From a virus (lineage: Duplodnaviria > Caudoviricetes): DNA of 32,290 nt. Every line of letters begins with the position of its first letter. Position 1 is the stretch's first letter. The position numbers and the translations under genes were made by a program. The notes beneath the pieces are model-generated. The model saw only the letters and a program-made list of their open reading frames with translations, ran no database searches and was not told the origin of the DNA. The DNA lies in IMG/VR virus record IMGVR_UViG_3300017777_002275, positions 1 through 32,290 of that record, one strand, 5' to 3'. Below, in pieces: positions 7,475 through 16,643 of this stretch.

Positions 7475-8520
7475 AACTAAAGGACATTCTGAAGGCAGCA
7501 GGAAACAAGTACGCCACCGTAGCCTCTGACGGCTTGGAGGGCAGCGATGTAAAGGGATTCATCTCCACGGGATCGTATGCGTTCAACGCGCTGTTGAGCG
7601 GTTCCATCCACGGTGGCATCCCCGACAACAAGATCGTGGCTCTTGCAGGAGAGCAAGCCACGGGCAAGACCTACTTTGCCCTCAATGTGGTGCGCGAATT
7701 CCTGAACTCCGATCCCAACGCGATGGTCATGTACTTTGACACGGAGCAAGCCATCACTTCGGATCTGCTGAAGTCGCGTGGCATTGACACCGACCGCGTG
7801 GCTGTGCTGCCCGTGGCTACGGTTGAGGAGTTCCGCCACCAGTGTGTGCTGTCGGTGGACAAGTACCTTGAAGCGGACAAGGACACCCGTCCCCGCATGA
7901 TGATCGTGCTTGACTCCCTTGGAATGTTGTCCACCGAGAAGGAGATGAACGACACCGCAGAGGGCAAGAACACCCGCGACATGACTCGCGCACAGGTCAC
8001 GAAGGCAGCGTTCCGAGTCCTGACCATCAAGTTGGGTCACGCACGGATTCCCCTGCTGATGACGAACCACACCTACGATGTGGTGGGCGCGTATGTGCCC
8101 ACGAAGGAGATGGGCGGCGGTAGCGGTCTGAAGTACGCCGCGTCCACGATCATCTACCTGTCCAAGAAGAAGGACAAGGTGGACAACGAGGTGGTGGGCA
8201 ACATCATCCACTGCAAGGCGTACAAGAGCCGCCTGACCAAGCAGGACAAGATGGTGGATGTGCAGTTGAACTTTGAGACAGGCTTGAACAAGTACTACGG
8301 GCTGCTTGATGTCGCCATCAAGTACGGTATCTTCAAGAAGGTGTCCACGAAGATTGAACTGCCCAACGGCAAGACGGCTTTCGAGTCGCAGATCAACAAG
8401 AATCCCGAGAAGTACTACACAGACGAGATTCTTGCTGCCATTGATGCCGCATCAAAGCGGGAGTTCTGCTACGGATCTGACGAGAAGCCACCAGAGGAGT
8501 CCCCCAATGGGGATGAGTAA
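7471..8520 (+). CDS. uvsX: RecA-like recombinase UvsX
   Basis: ISTGSYAFNALLSG, Walker A AGEQATGKT, FDTE, IVLDSLG, TNHTY and MGGGSGLKYAAS; located between gp43 and gp41. Confidence 0.95.
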   Translation: MKLKDILKAAGNKYATVASDGLEGSDVKGFISTGSYAFNALLSGSIHGGIPDNKIVALAGEQATGKTYFALNVVREFLNSDPNAMVMYFDTEQAITSDLLKSRGIDTDRVAVLPVATVEEFRHQCVLSVDKYLEADKDTRPRMMIVLDSLGMLSTEKEMNDTAEGKNTRDMTRAQVTKAAFRVLTIKLGHARIPLLMTNHTYDVVGAYVPTKEMGGGSGLKYAASTIIYLSKKKDKVDNEVVGNIIHCKAYKSRLTKQDKMVDVQLNFETGLNKYYGLLDVAIKYGIFKKVSTKIELPNGKTAFESQINKNPEKYYTDEILAAIDAASKREFCYGSDEKPPEESPNGDE

Positions 8521-8532
8521 GGAGATGTCTGT

Positions 8533-8829
8533 ATGAAAACACTACTATTGTCACTAATCGTGTCCATAACGCCAGCAGCGGCTGCTACTGAAATCATAGT
8601 CATTCCTGTTCAGGATATGTTGTTTGTATGTCCTGACTGGGATGATGCTCCTGACTTTGATCTAAATGCTAGTCTTCGTGGGGGTAGGTTTATTGGGGAC
8701 AAGAAACCACCCAATGAAAAAAAGAGCCGTAAAGAGACTGAAAAGGAATTGGTCAATCTCATTGAAATGCTGTACCCTACCGCAAAGGTTCGGGTGGTTG
8801 GCGACAACTTGATTATCAAAATCCCATGA
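8533..8829 (+). CDS. Secreted small protein resembling a secretin N-terminal-type domain
   Basis: Signal peptide MKTLLLSLIVSITPAAAA; VQDMLF.CPDWDDAPDFDL...ELVNLIE...VRVVGDNLIIKIP. AAGGAG SD; more AT-rich than its neighbours. Confidence 0.65.
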   Translation: MKTLLLSLIVSITPAAAATEIIVIPVQDMLFVCPDWDDAPDFDLNASLRGGRFIGDKKPPNEKKSRKETEKELVNLIEMLYPTAKVRVVGDNLIIKIP

Positions 8830-8859
8830 AGAGTAGCGCAGAGGAACTTGGACTACTAA

Positions 8860-10281
8860 ATGAGCCAAACCGAGAAGACAATACTGGCAGGACTGCTTAA
8901 CGACAGCGAATTCTGCAAGAAGACCATTCCGTTCTTGCAGGAGGAGTACTTCAGTGATCGGGTTGATCGTGCGGTGTTCCGATCACTGAAGGAGTTCGTG
9001 GACGAGTACAAGGGAATTCCCACAAAGGAAGCCCTTGTCATTTCCTTGGAAGCAAACAAGACTCTTACCGAAGACGAGTTCTCGCGGTGCAAGAGTGTGC
9101 TGTACGATTTGGCAAAGGCTCCAAAGCAAGACTTGGAGTGGATGGTGGACACAGCAGAGAATTTCTGCAAGGACAAAGCCATCTACAATGCCATTCTTGA
9201 ATCCATCCAAATCATTGACGGCAAGGACAAAACCAGAACACCCAATGCTCTGCCTGAAATCTTGTCCAAGGCTCTAGCGGTTTCGTTTGACACCAACGTG
9301 GGACACGATTTTCTTGAGGACTACGAACACCGATACGACTTCTACCACAAGGTGGATAAGAAGATTCCTTTTGACTTGGAGATGTTCAACACCATCACCA
9401 AGGGCGGCATATCTCCCAAGACTCTCAATGTGATCATGGCAGGCACAAACGTGGGCAAGTCGCTGTTCATGTGTCACCATGCCGCGTCGTGTCTCATGCA
9501 GAATAAAAATGTGCTGTACATCACCCTTGAGATGGCAGAGGAACGGATTGCCGAACGCATAGACGCGAACGTCATGGACATCACGATGGACGAACTGGTG
9601 GACTTGCCGAAGGATATGTACGAGAAGCGGCTGAAGAATGCCACGCGGGGCATCAGCGGCAAACTCATTGTGAAAGAGTACCCCACGTCTATGGCAAACG
9701 TGAACCACTTTCGCATCCTGTTGGACGAGTTGCGCTTGAAGAAAGGATTCGTGCCTGACATCATCTTCGTGGACTACATCAACATCTGTGCGTCCAGTCG
9801 ATTCAAGCAAGGCAACAACATCAACTCGTACACGTACATCAAAGCCATTGCAGAAGAGATGCGTGGCTTGGCAGTGGAGCACGATCTGCCCATCGTGACT
9901 GCTACCCAAGTGAACCGATCCGGATTTTCGTCCACGGACATTGACCTGACGGAAACATCGGAGTCGTTTGGTTTGCCGCAGACAGCAGACTTCATGGTGG
10001 CACTCATCACCACAGAAGACTTGGAGAAGTCAGGGCAGATCATGGTGAAACAGTTGAAGAATCGCTACAATCAGAAGTCCACAAACAAGAAGTTCATCGT
10101 GGGGCTGAACTACGCGAAGATGAAGTTCTACGACGTGAGCAGCGACGAGTACACAGACCTCAGCGACTCCAACATCAAGAAAACCGAAGACTCTGGATAC
10201 GGAGCAGGGTACAGACCACGAGACTTGACTTCAGTTTCTGCGAAGTTCAGGCGGGGCGACACATCAGAGTGGAGTATGTGA
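8860..10281 (+). CDS. gp41: Replicative DnaB-like helicase, T4 gp41-like
   Basis: AGTNVGKS, YITLEMAEE, IFVDYINI, TATQVNRSG, SESFGLP and KQLKNRY. Confidence 0.96.
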   Translation: MSQTEKTILAGLLNDSEFCKKTIPFLQEEYFSDRVDRAVFRSLKEFVDEYKGIPTKEALVISLEANKTLTEDEFSRCKSVLYDLAKAPKQDLEWMVDTAENFCKDKAIYNAILESIQIIDGKDKTRTPNALPEILSKALAVSFDTNVGHDFLEDYEHRYDFYHKVDKKIPFDLEMFNTITKGGISPKTLNVIMAGTNVGKSLFMCHHAASCLMQNKNVLYITLEMAEERIAERIDANVMDITMDELVDLPKDMYEKRLKNATRGISGKLIVKEYPTSMANVNHFRILLDELRLKKGFVPDIIFVDYINICASSRFKQGNNINSYTYIKAIAEEMRGLAVEHDLPIVTATQVNRSGFSSTDIDLTETSESFGLPQTADFMVALITTEDLEKSGQIMVKQLKNRYNQKSTNKKFIVGLNYAKMKFYDVSSDEYTDLSDSNIKKTEDSGYGAGYRPRDLTSVSAKFRRGDTSEWSM

Positions 10282-10287
10282 TAGTCT

Positions 10288-11271
10288 ATGTCCACCTATA
10301 TCGACAAGAAATACATCAACCTAGTGTCGCCCCAACTGGAGCGATTCAAGTGGAAGTCTCAAGCACTCGCAAATTGCCGATGCCCCATCTGCGGTGACTC
10401 GCAGCGCAACAAGAAGAAGGCACGTGGTTTCTTCTTCCCCAAGAAGAACGACTACTTCTTCAAGTGCCACAACTGCGGAGCAGGGCACAATATGCAACGC
10501 TTTCTTGAGTTTGTGGCTCCTGCACTGGCACAGGAGTACACACTGGAGCGGTGGCGTAACGGCGAGAACGGCAAAAGCAACTACGTGAAGCCTGTGGAAG
10601 CGGAAGTGAGTCTGCCAAAGGCACAACTCCAGTTGCCTAAAGTCTCGTCTCTGCCCACTACTCACGTGGCACGGGTGTATATGGAGTCGCGCAAGATTCC
10701 CAGGCTGGACACCTTCTACTTTGCCGAATGCTTTGGTGATTGGGTGCGCAGCATTGACCAGTCGTACACGGGTGTGCCCAACGAAGAGCGCATCGTGATT
10801 CCGTTCATCAACCGCAGTGGAGAATTGGTAGCGGCGCAAGGTCGTGCGCTAACCGGCAGCGGCATACGATACATAACAGTGAAGTTCAAGAAGGACGGTC
10901 GCGCAATTTACGGAGAAGATCGTATTGACTACTCCAAGCGCGTCTACGCTGTTGAAGGACCACTGGACGCTGCGTTCTTGCCCAACGGCATTGCCCTTGC
11001 GGGATGCGAAACGGCAGAAGGCATCAAGGTGTTCAGTGACTGCGTACTGGTGTACGACAACGAGCCTAGGAACCGCGAGATTGTCCGCAAGATGGAAGAA
11101 GCCATAGAAGAAGGGTATCGCGTGTGCGTGTGGCAAGGAGTGGACGAGAAAGACATCAACGACATGGTGCTTGCAGGTCGAACCCCCGAACAGGTTCGTG
11201 CCCTGATTGACAGCAGTGCAGTGAGTGGAATAGAAGCCCGACTAAAGTGGAGTCAATGGAAACGAGTATGA
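10288..11271 (+). CDS. gp61: DNA primase, T4 gp61-like
   Basis: Zinc finger CPICGDS...CHNCG, RIVIPF, QGRAL, TOPRIM motif VEGPLDA, DNEPRN and KDINDM. Confidence 0.95.
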   Translation: MSTYIDKKYINLVSPQLERFKWKSQALANCRCPICGDSQRNKKKARGFFFPKKNDYFFKCHNCGAGHNMQRFLEFVAPALAQEYTLERWRNGENGKSNYVKPVEAEVSLPKAQLQLPKVSSLPTTHVARVYMESRKIPRLDTFYFAECFGDWVRSIDQSYTGVPNEERIVIPFINRSGELVAAQGRALTGSGIRYITVKFKKDGRAIYGEDRIDYSKRVYAVEGPLDAAFLPNGIALAGCETAEGIKVFSDCVLVYDNEPRNREIVRKMEEAIEEGYRVCVWQGVDEKDINDMVLAGRTPEQVRALIDSSAVSGIEARLKWSQWKRV

Positions 11272-11297
11272 TGAGCGAAGACTACGGAGAGTATACA

Positions 11298-12017
11298 ATG
11301 AACGCCCCTGTTTCAAAGATTGCCGTTCTTGGCAACGGTCATGTAGAGTATGTGGACCACATGGGAGACGATCTCACAGTGGTGAATTCTGCCCGCGTGT
11401 CCTTCAACAAGGAGAGCGATTGGGACAGTGAGCCACATTGGAGTGGTGTGCGTGAGCACAAACTGGGTGAAAAGGATCAGAAACTGATTGGATACCTTGC
11501 CAAGCACGGGCACTGGACGCCCTTTGCCCATCCACAGATCACTCTGCGGATCAAGGCTCCCATCTCTATCCGTACCCAATTTTTCAAACACAAGCAAGGG
11601 TTTGTGGAAAACGAAGTGTCCCGAAGGTACGTTACAGACACGCCTGATTTCTACACACCAAACTGGCGCACAGCCCCCACAGGGGGAGCAAAGCAAGGCT
11701 CGGAGGACTTTGTGGTTGATGGATTCGACCGTGGCATGATGGACCGCGACTACCACGAAGCAGTCCAGTTGTGCATCAGGCGGTACGAATCACTCATTGC
11801 ACGGGGCATCGCACCCGAACAAGCCCGTTTCGTGCTGCCGCAGGGCGTACACACGGAGTGGTGGTGGACTGGATCCCTTGCTGCGTACGCACGAGTGTAC
11901 ACGCAGCGTAGCGACCCCCACGCCCAATGGGAGATCCGCCAGTACGCCGACGCTATCAGTCAAATCATTGCACCTCGATTCCCTGTGTCGTGGAAGGCAC
12001 TCACTGGCAGCACCTAA
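11298..12017 (+). CDS. thyX: Flavin-dependent thymidylate synthase ThyX
   Basis: VVNSARVSF, HWTPF, KHKQGFVENEVSRRY, APEQARFVLP and HAQWEIR. ATG 11298 has a GGAG SD; ATG 11268 or 11271 are alternative starts. Confidence 0.93.
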   Translation: MNAPVSKIAVLGNGHVEYVDHMGDDLTVVNSARVSFNKESDWDSEPHWSGVREHKLGEKDQKLIGYLAKHGHWTPFAHPQITLRIKAPISIRTQFFKHKQGFVENEVSRRYVTDTPDFYTPNWRTAPTGGAKQGSEDFVVDGFDRGMMDRDYHEAVQLCIRRYESLIARGIAPEQARFVLPQGVHTEWWWTGSLAAYARVYTQRSDPHAQWEIRQYADAISQIIAPRFPVSWKALTGST

Positions 12018-12020
12018 ATA
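12014..12020 (+). promoter_or_regulatory. T4-like late promoter (CTAAATA)
   Basis: Overlaps the thyX stop codon. The ATG of the collagen gene follows after 5 nt with no SD. Confidence 0.6.
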
Positions 12021-12025
12021 CACGG

Positions 12026-13324
12026 ATGGAAGACACGCCTCCAAGTGATCCCCTTCTGTTAGGTGACTACCCTAGCGGAACAGTGTTCCGACTCGTTCGC
12101 GGCATACGCGGATCAGTCTATTCTATTGGTGATCGTTTCATGCTTATCGGGGAGGAAGACTGCCACTCTCCCAATATCTTGAAACTAGGGGGCATGGGGC
12201 AGTTGTTTTTCATTGACCCCAACGGCAAGCCACTGAAAATAGAAGCAGACGGCAACCAGTTCAGTGCTATATTTGAAGCGGTGGTGGAGGAATCCACGCC
12301 TGACCTAGTGCTTACAGAGGGCGAAGAAGAACTACCGCCGCCCCGAGTGGTGAGCGAGAGCGAGTTCAAGCAGTTCCGTAGCGGACTGGCAGACCTGCTT
12401 ACAGAGATTGCCCGTCGAGCAGGGGAACGGGGCGAACGTGGTCCTCGCGGCTTCCAAGGCATTCAGGGGGACAAGGGCGACCGTGGCGACCGTGGAGAAC
12501 CCGGAGCACAGGGCGAGCGCGGTCCCGAAGGACCGCAGGGGCTTCAGGGTGAACGGGGCGAAACCGGAGAGCGCGGCTCGACCGGCGAACGGGGACAGCG
12601 CGGCGAAAAGGGGGAGCGTGGTGAGCAAGGGAATACTGGTGCTGTTGGTCCAGTTGGTCCGCGTGGAGAAGCGGGACCACAGGGCGCGGCGGGTGCTGCG
12701 GGTCGTGATGGTGCGCGTGGCGAGAAGGGCGAGAAGGGTGATCCAGGGAAGGATGGACGCAATGGCAAGGACGGCAAGAACGGTAAAGACGGCGCGACTG
12801 GTAAGGCTGGTCCGCGTGGTCCTAAAGGTGATCGTGGTCCGAGTGGTGAGAGAGGTGCAGCAGGTCCGCAAGGAAACACTGGACCGTCTGGCACGTCTGG
12901 AGTTGTAACCGCCAAGTTCCCCCTTGTCTACGATCCGCAGGAGAAGTCTATCGGCATTGACGAAGCGCGACTAGACAAGATCCTGAAGAAGATCATGGGC
13001 GGCGGCAAGGTGTCCACACAAGACATGGGTTGGCTTGCGTCCACTGGTGGTGGGGGCAAGGTGGCTGTGTACATCAACGGCTCCAAGATCACGCCTGATG
13101 TTCGCACACTGGACTTTACGGGTGCGGGAGTCACGGCTACGAAGGTGGGCGGCAAGGTCGTCATCAACATAGGCACAAGTGCTACAAACTCTGTTGTTTC
13201 TGTAAACGGAATAACTGGAGCAGTAGGCATCACTGGAGGACCAGACATACTAGTCACGGTTTCAGGGCAAACTCTGTCCATCAACTACATTGGATCGGTT
13301 ATAAACGGCGGCACATTTGCCTAA
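12026..13324 (+). CDS. Collagen-like triple-helix fibre protein (virion structural)
   Basis: 53 uninterrupted Gly-X-Y triplets, LASTGGGGKV, VVSVNGITGAV fibre repeat and C-terminal INGGTF. Start taken as ATG 12026. Confidence 0.85.
   Translation: MEDTPPSDPLLLGDYPSGTVFRLVRGIRGSVYSIGDRFMLIGEEDCHSPNILKLGGMGQLFFIDPNGKPLKIEADGNQFSAIFEAVVEESTPDLVLTEGEEELPPPRVVSESEFKQFRSGLADLLTEIARRAGERGERGPRGFQGIQGDKGDRGDRGEPGAQGERGPEGPQGLQGERGETGERGSTGERGQRGEKGERGEQGNTGAVGPVGPRGEAGPQGAAGAAGRDGARGEKGEKGDPGKDGRNGKDGKNGKDGATGKAGPRGPKGDRGPSGERGAAGPQGNTGPSGTSGVVTAKFPLVYDPQEKSIGIDEARLDKILKKIMGGGKVSTQDMGWLASTGGGGKVAVYINGSKITPDVRTLDFTGAGVTATKVGGKVVINIGTSATNSVVSVNGITGAVGITGGPDILVTVSGQTLSINYIGSVINGGTFA
12422..12898 (+). repeat. 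Collagen Gly-X-Y coding repeat (53 triplets)
   Basis: GERGERGPRGFQG...GPSGTS, counted from the translation. Confidence 0.9.
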
Positions 13325-13327
13325 ATA
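13321..13327 (+). promoter_or_regulatory. T4-like late promoter (CTAAATA)
   Basis: Overlaps the upstream TAA; followed by a GAGGA SD and ATG 13346. Confidence 0.6.
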
Positions 13328-13345
13328 CCCCACGAGGAAACGCTA

Positions 13346-15349
13346 ATGGGAACCACTATTGTAATCCGAAACGGCAGTACCCTACCTTCGCAAGGTTCAG
13401 GGATCACGCTTGCCGAACCCGCATTCAATACCAATCTACGGACATTCCACATTGGTTTGGGTCACGGCACCACCGCAGAGTGGATTGGTGCGCCCATCAG
13501 TGGGGCAAGTGGAACCATTGCGTCCGCTGAAGCGTACAAGATTCCCACTGCCAAAGCAGTAAAGGACTACGTTACAGACTACGTGACTGCCGTGAACGGA
13601 GTCCTGGCTGTGAACGGATTCGCGGGTGGAGTCACACTCACAGCCGGAACAGGCATGAGTGTTGCTGCCGTGAACGGAACACTAACCCTTACAAACGTAG
13701 GCGTACAGTCTTTCAACGGAGCCACTGGTGCGGTTCAGGGAGTGTCGTCTGTTCAAGGCAGAACAGGTGCGATAGGAATATGCGGAGGTGTGGGTATTGC
13801 CATACCCAATGCACCATCCGGAAACACTCTCTCTGTGAGCCTGAACTACATCAGCGGCGGCACTGCGATGAGTGCCCGAAAGACCATTACTAAAGACGAC
13901 TGGTTGGCGTTCCAAGACAACAGCGGGCTAAACCCGATGTATCGTGCTCAGGTAAGCAACCTGTCGTACTTGTTCCTTGGATCACTCACGAACCGTTTTG
14001 ATTCTGGAAGCAGTGGAACTTTTCTCCGTATTTCGTCTGCACTTGACGACACAAACAAAGTTGCCACAGACGAGTACATCACCGTTGGAAACTTGTTTAC
14101 TGCCTACGGCGACTACGTGACTTCTTTCAACGGACGCACAGGTGCTGTTCAAGGTGTGTCGGCTGCTGTTGCTGGCACAGGCATCAGCGTTTCCGCTGCT
14201 ACAGGTGCTGTCACCATCACGAACACGGGTGTCCAGTCATTCAACGGACTCACTGGCTCGGTTCAAGGTGTATCGGCTGCTGTTGCAGGAACAGGCATTA
14301 GTGTATCAGGTGCTACAGGTGCTGTCACCATCACGAACACTGGTGTCCAATCGTTCAACGGCAATACAGGAGCAGTCACTGGTGCGTCTCTTGGCGCAAA
14401 CACATTCAGTGGAGTAAACTCCTTCACTGTGGGAATATCTGCCGCAGGAATCACCACAGGTGCTCTTCATGTTCGCGCTGCTGGATCGACTAGATTCTTG
14501 GAGTTCATTCCAGGGACAAACAATCAAATCATAGCGCGGGGAAACTCCACCCTGAACCTAGTTCAAGAAAGTCATCAATCTATTTACATCGGTGACTTCG
14601 ACGCAGCAAACAATGCCACTTACGTTGAAGTGGATGACGCTAATCAAGTCATCAAGTTCTATTTCAATGGCGACTACTACACATTCCCAATAGTGAGTGG
14701 AACCGTTGGTCAAGTTTTAGGAATAGACTCAGGAAATACCTTGGGGTGGAGAAGTAGTGTGTCTTCATTCAACGGAGCGACGGGTACAGTTGGCATCAGC
14801 GCGGGTAGTGGAATCTCCATTACTCAAAGCGGGACAACCTTTACCATTGCGTCTACTGCAAGCGGTGGGTCAAAAACATACGCGGTGTTTACTCCATTAG
14901 ACAATCAACCACCAGCAAGCAATTTTGCAACGCTAGACACACGAAACTCTATTGCGGTTCTTGACTTTGATGCATCAACAGACGAAAGCGCGGTGTTTGT
15001 TGGAGTGATGCCCGAAGGTGCTTCTTTGGGAAGCGGACTCAAGATTCGTATTAGTTGGATGGCAACCTCTGCAACATCGGGAGCGTGTCGTTGGGGAGTT
15101 CAAATAGAACGCATGAATACGGACGAAGATTCCGATTCATTTGATACTGCCGCAACAGGCGGAAGCACCACAAACGGCACATCAGGAATTGTTACAACAA
15201 CAGAGATTACTGTTACCACTATTGATTCTGTTGCCGCAGGGGAACCGTTCAGACTAAAGGTGTTCCGTGATGCAGACGGCACATCAGGAACAGATGACAT
15301 GACTGGTGATGCCGAACTGGTAGCAGTTGAAGTACGGAGTGCGTCGTGA
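13346..15349 (+). CDS. Tail fibre / receptor-binding-like protein
   Basis: N-terminus resembles the Mtd_N-type fibre anchor (IVIRNGS...LAEPAFNT...FHIG). Multiple SFNGxTGAV repeats, G/S/T/A-rich composition and a distinct C-terminal beta domain. Confidence 0.8.
   Translation: MGTTIVIRNGSTLPSQGSGITLAEPAFNTNLRTFHIGLGHGTTAEWIGAPISGASGTIASAEAYKIPTAKAVKDYVTDYVTAVNGVLAVNGFAGGVTLTAGTGMSVAAVNGTLTLTNVGVQSFNGATGAVQGVSSVQGRTGAIGICGGVGIAIPNAPSGNTLSVSLNYISGGTAMSARKTITKDDWLAFQDNSGLNPMYRAQVSNLSYLFLGSLTNRFDSGSSGTFLRISSALDDTNKVATDEYITVGNLFTAYGDYVTSFNGRTGAVQGVSAAVAGTGISVSAATGAVTITNTGVQSFNGLTGSVQGVSAAVAGTGISVSGATGAVTITNTGVQSFNGNTGAVTGASLGANTFSGVNSFTVGISAAGITTGALHVRAAGSTRFLEFIPGTNNQIIARGNSTLNLVQESHQSIYIGDFDAANNATYVEVDDANQVIKFYFNGDYYTFPIVSGTVGQVLGIDSGNTLGWRSSVSSFNGATGTVGISAGSGISITQSGTTFTIASTASGGSKTYAVFTPLDNQPPASNFATLDTRNSIAVLDFDASTDESAVFVGVMPEGASLGSGLKIRISWMATSATSGACRWGVQIERMNTDEDSDSFDTAATGGSTTNGTSGIVTTTEITVTTIDSVAAGEPFRLKVFRDADGTSGTDDMTGDAELVAVEVRSAS
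14126..14380 (+). repeat. 114-bp coding tandem repeat (38 aa), about 2.2 copies
   Basis: TTCAACGG at 14126, 14240 and 14354; unit SFNGxTGxVQGVSAAVAGTGISVSxATGAVTITNTGVQ. Confidence 0.9.
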
Positions 15350-16074
15350 GTCTTAGATTTGGAAGCACTACTACAACTGCTCACACAGTCCAGAGTTCAG
15401 GGCTGGTAACAGTTCCGTCTTTTCCCACGACCATGAGTTTATGGTTTTACTCCAATAGAACAACGGGTAGAGAACCACTTATTGAGTTTCGAGCAGAAGA
15501 TCCAGTAGCAGAAGATTTTTTTGCATTTAATCTAACCATGTTGAGTAATGCCACGACTACCAATCGTAGAATATCAGCAGCAACATACGATCCTACTAAC
15601 GTATTACTCAGAGCGCAAACTGCTACTGGTGCAGGCAACGGATGGGCTACAAGCACATGGAATCACGCAGCAGGAGTGTTTACTAGCAGTCTAAGAACGG
15701 CATACCTGAATGGTGGCAGTTCAGGTACACAAAGCACTACGGTAACTGCGCCTGGAGGACTTATCAATCCCGTGATTAGTATTAATGAAGTTCTTACTGA
15801 TACACCACAATATGGTCACGACTCAAGCAATGAAGAAATACGAATGGCAGAAGTTGCCATATGGAATACCGATCTCACCTCGGCAGAAATCAGCAGTCTA
15901 GCAAAAGGATTTTGTCCTAAACTTATTCGACCAGAGTATTTGTTTTTTTACGCCCCGCTGATAAGAACTGGAAGTAGTTCTATTTTTGAAGCCACGGGAA
16001 TACCGATGACTGCTTATAACTTTGGATCAGCATTCACGCCAACAACACAACCACACCCAAGGAGAATAGGATGA
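15346..16074 (+). CDS. LamG / concanavalin-A-like lectin domain protein
   Basis: TMSLWFY, TWNHAAGVF, AYLNG and MAEVAIWNTDLTSAEISSL follow the LamG-like pattern. GTGA overlap with the fibre gene. Confidence 0.78.
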   Translation: MSLRFGSTTTTAHTVQSSGLVTVPSFPTTMSLWFYSNRTTGREPLIEFRAEDPVAEDFFAFNLTMLSNATTTNRRISAATYDPTNVLLRAQTATGAGNGWATSTWNHAAGVFTSSLRTAYLNGGSSGTQSTTVTAPGGLINPVISINEVLTDTPQYGHDSSNEEIRMAEVAIWNTDLTSAEISSLAKGFCPKLIRPEYLFFYAPLIRTGSSSIFEATGIPMTAYNFGSAFTPTTQPHPRRIG

Positions 16075-16538
16075 GCGTATACGCATATGTGTATGAAAAC
16101 ACCGTTGTTGAGTTTAAAGAGTTATCTGGTGCTCTGTACGCAAAATGGGTTGCTGAAAGCAATCCCAAGAAAGACTGCTATAAACTTGTTGTGTACTCGC
16201 AAGCACCCGCCGTTTCTGCCGCAGAGGTAGCAGAAGAGTCTTTCCAAATAAACGAATCCACCGTGAATCAGTTGTGGACTGTAAGAAATAAAACGCCTGA
16301 TGAATTGCGTGTAACATGGACTGCATACGAATTTATCAATCGGTTTACTCCTGCGGAAAGAGCAGGATATAGAGCCGCTGCCAAATCAGATGATCTTGTG
16401 GCAGACTTTGTCGATATGGCGCAAGCAGCACAAGAAGTAATCTCTGACGATCCGCTCACGGTTCAAGGCATGGACTATTTGGTGTCTATTGGTGTGCTGA
16501 CACAACAGCGGAGAGATGAAATACTCTCTGTGGTGTAA
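16071..16538 (+). CDS. Hypothetical protein, possibly a fibre assembly chaperone
   Basis: EFINRFTPAER...GMDYLVSIGVLTQQRRDEIL pattern often seen next to fibre genes (recalled). AAGGAG SD. Confidence 0.65.
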   Translation: MSVYAYVYENTVVEFKELSGALYAKWVAESNPKKDCYKLVVYSQAPAVSAAEVAEESFQINESTVNQLWTVRNKTPDELRVTWTAYEFINRFTPAERAGYRAAAKSDDLVADFVDMAQAAQEVISDDPLTVQGMDYLVSIGVLTQQRRDEILSVV

Positions 16539-16571
16539 GCAACCAAATCCAAATACTCATCTGAATACTTT

Positions 16572-16591
16572 AGGGAGGCAAAAGCCCCCCT
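16572..16591. terminator. GC-rich hairpin, possible terminator
   Basis: AGGGAGGC-AAAA-GCCCCCCT has one mismatch on + and a G-U pair on -; the U tract is weak. Confidence 0.35.
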
Positions 16592-16643
16592 TCCTGTTAT
16601 GATTGCCTCTACATACTCTACCTAACAACAAGGAGTACACCAT

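Noticed and set aside
12118-12915. Several overlapping ORFs across the collagen region
   Set aside because: They are shadow ORFs from GC-rich Gly-X-Y codons.
13346-16074. Diversity-generating retroelement acting on the fibre genes
   Set aside because: There is no reverse transcriptase, and the repeats are in-frame tandem units rather than an adenine-specific TR/VR pair.
16539-16643. Cobalamin riboswitch upstream of nrdJ
   Set aside because: The region is only about 105 bp with one hairpin and no recognisable B12-box.
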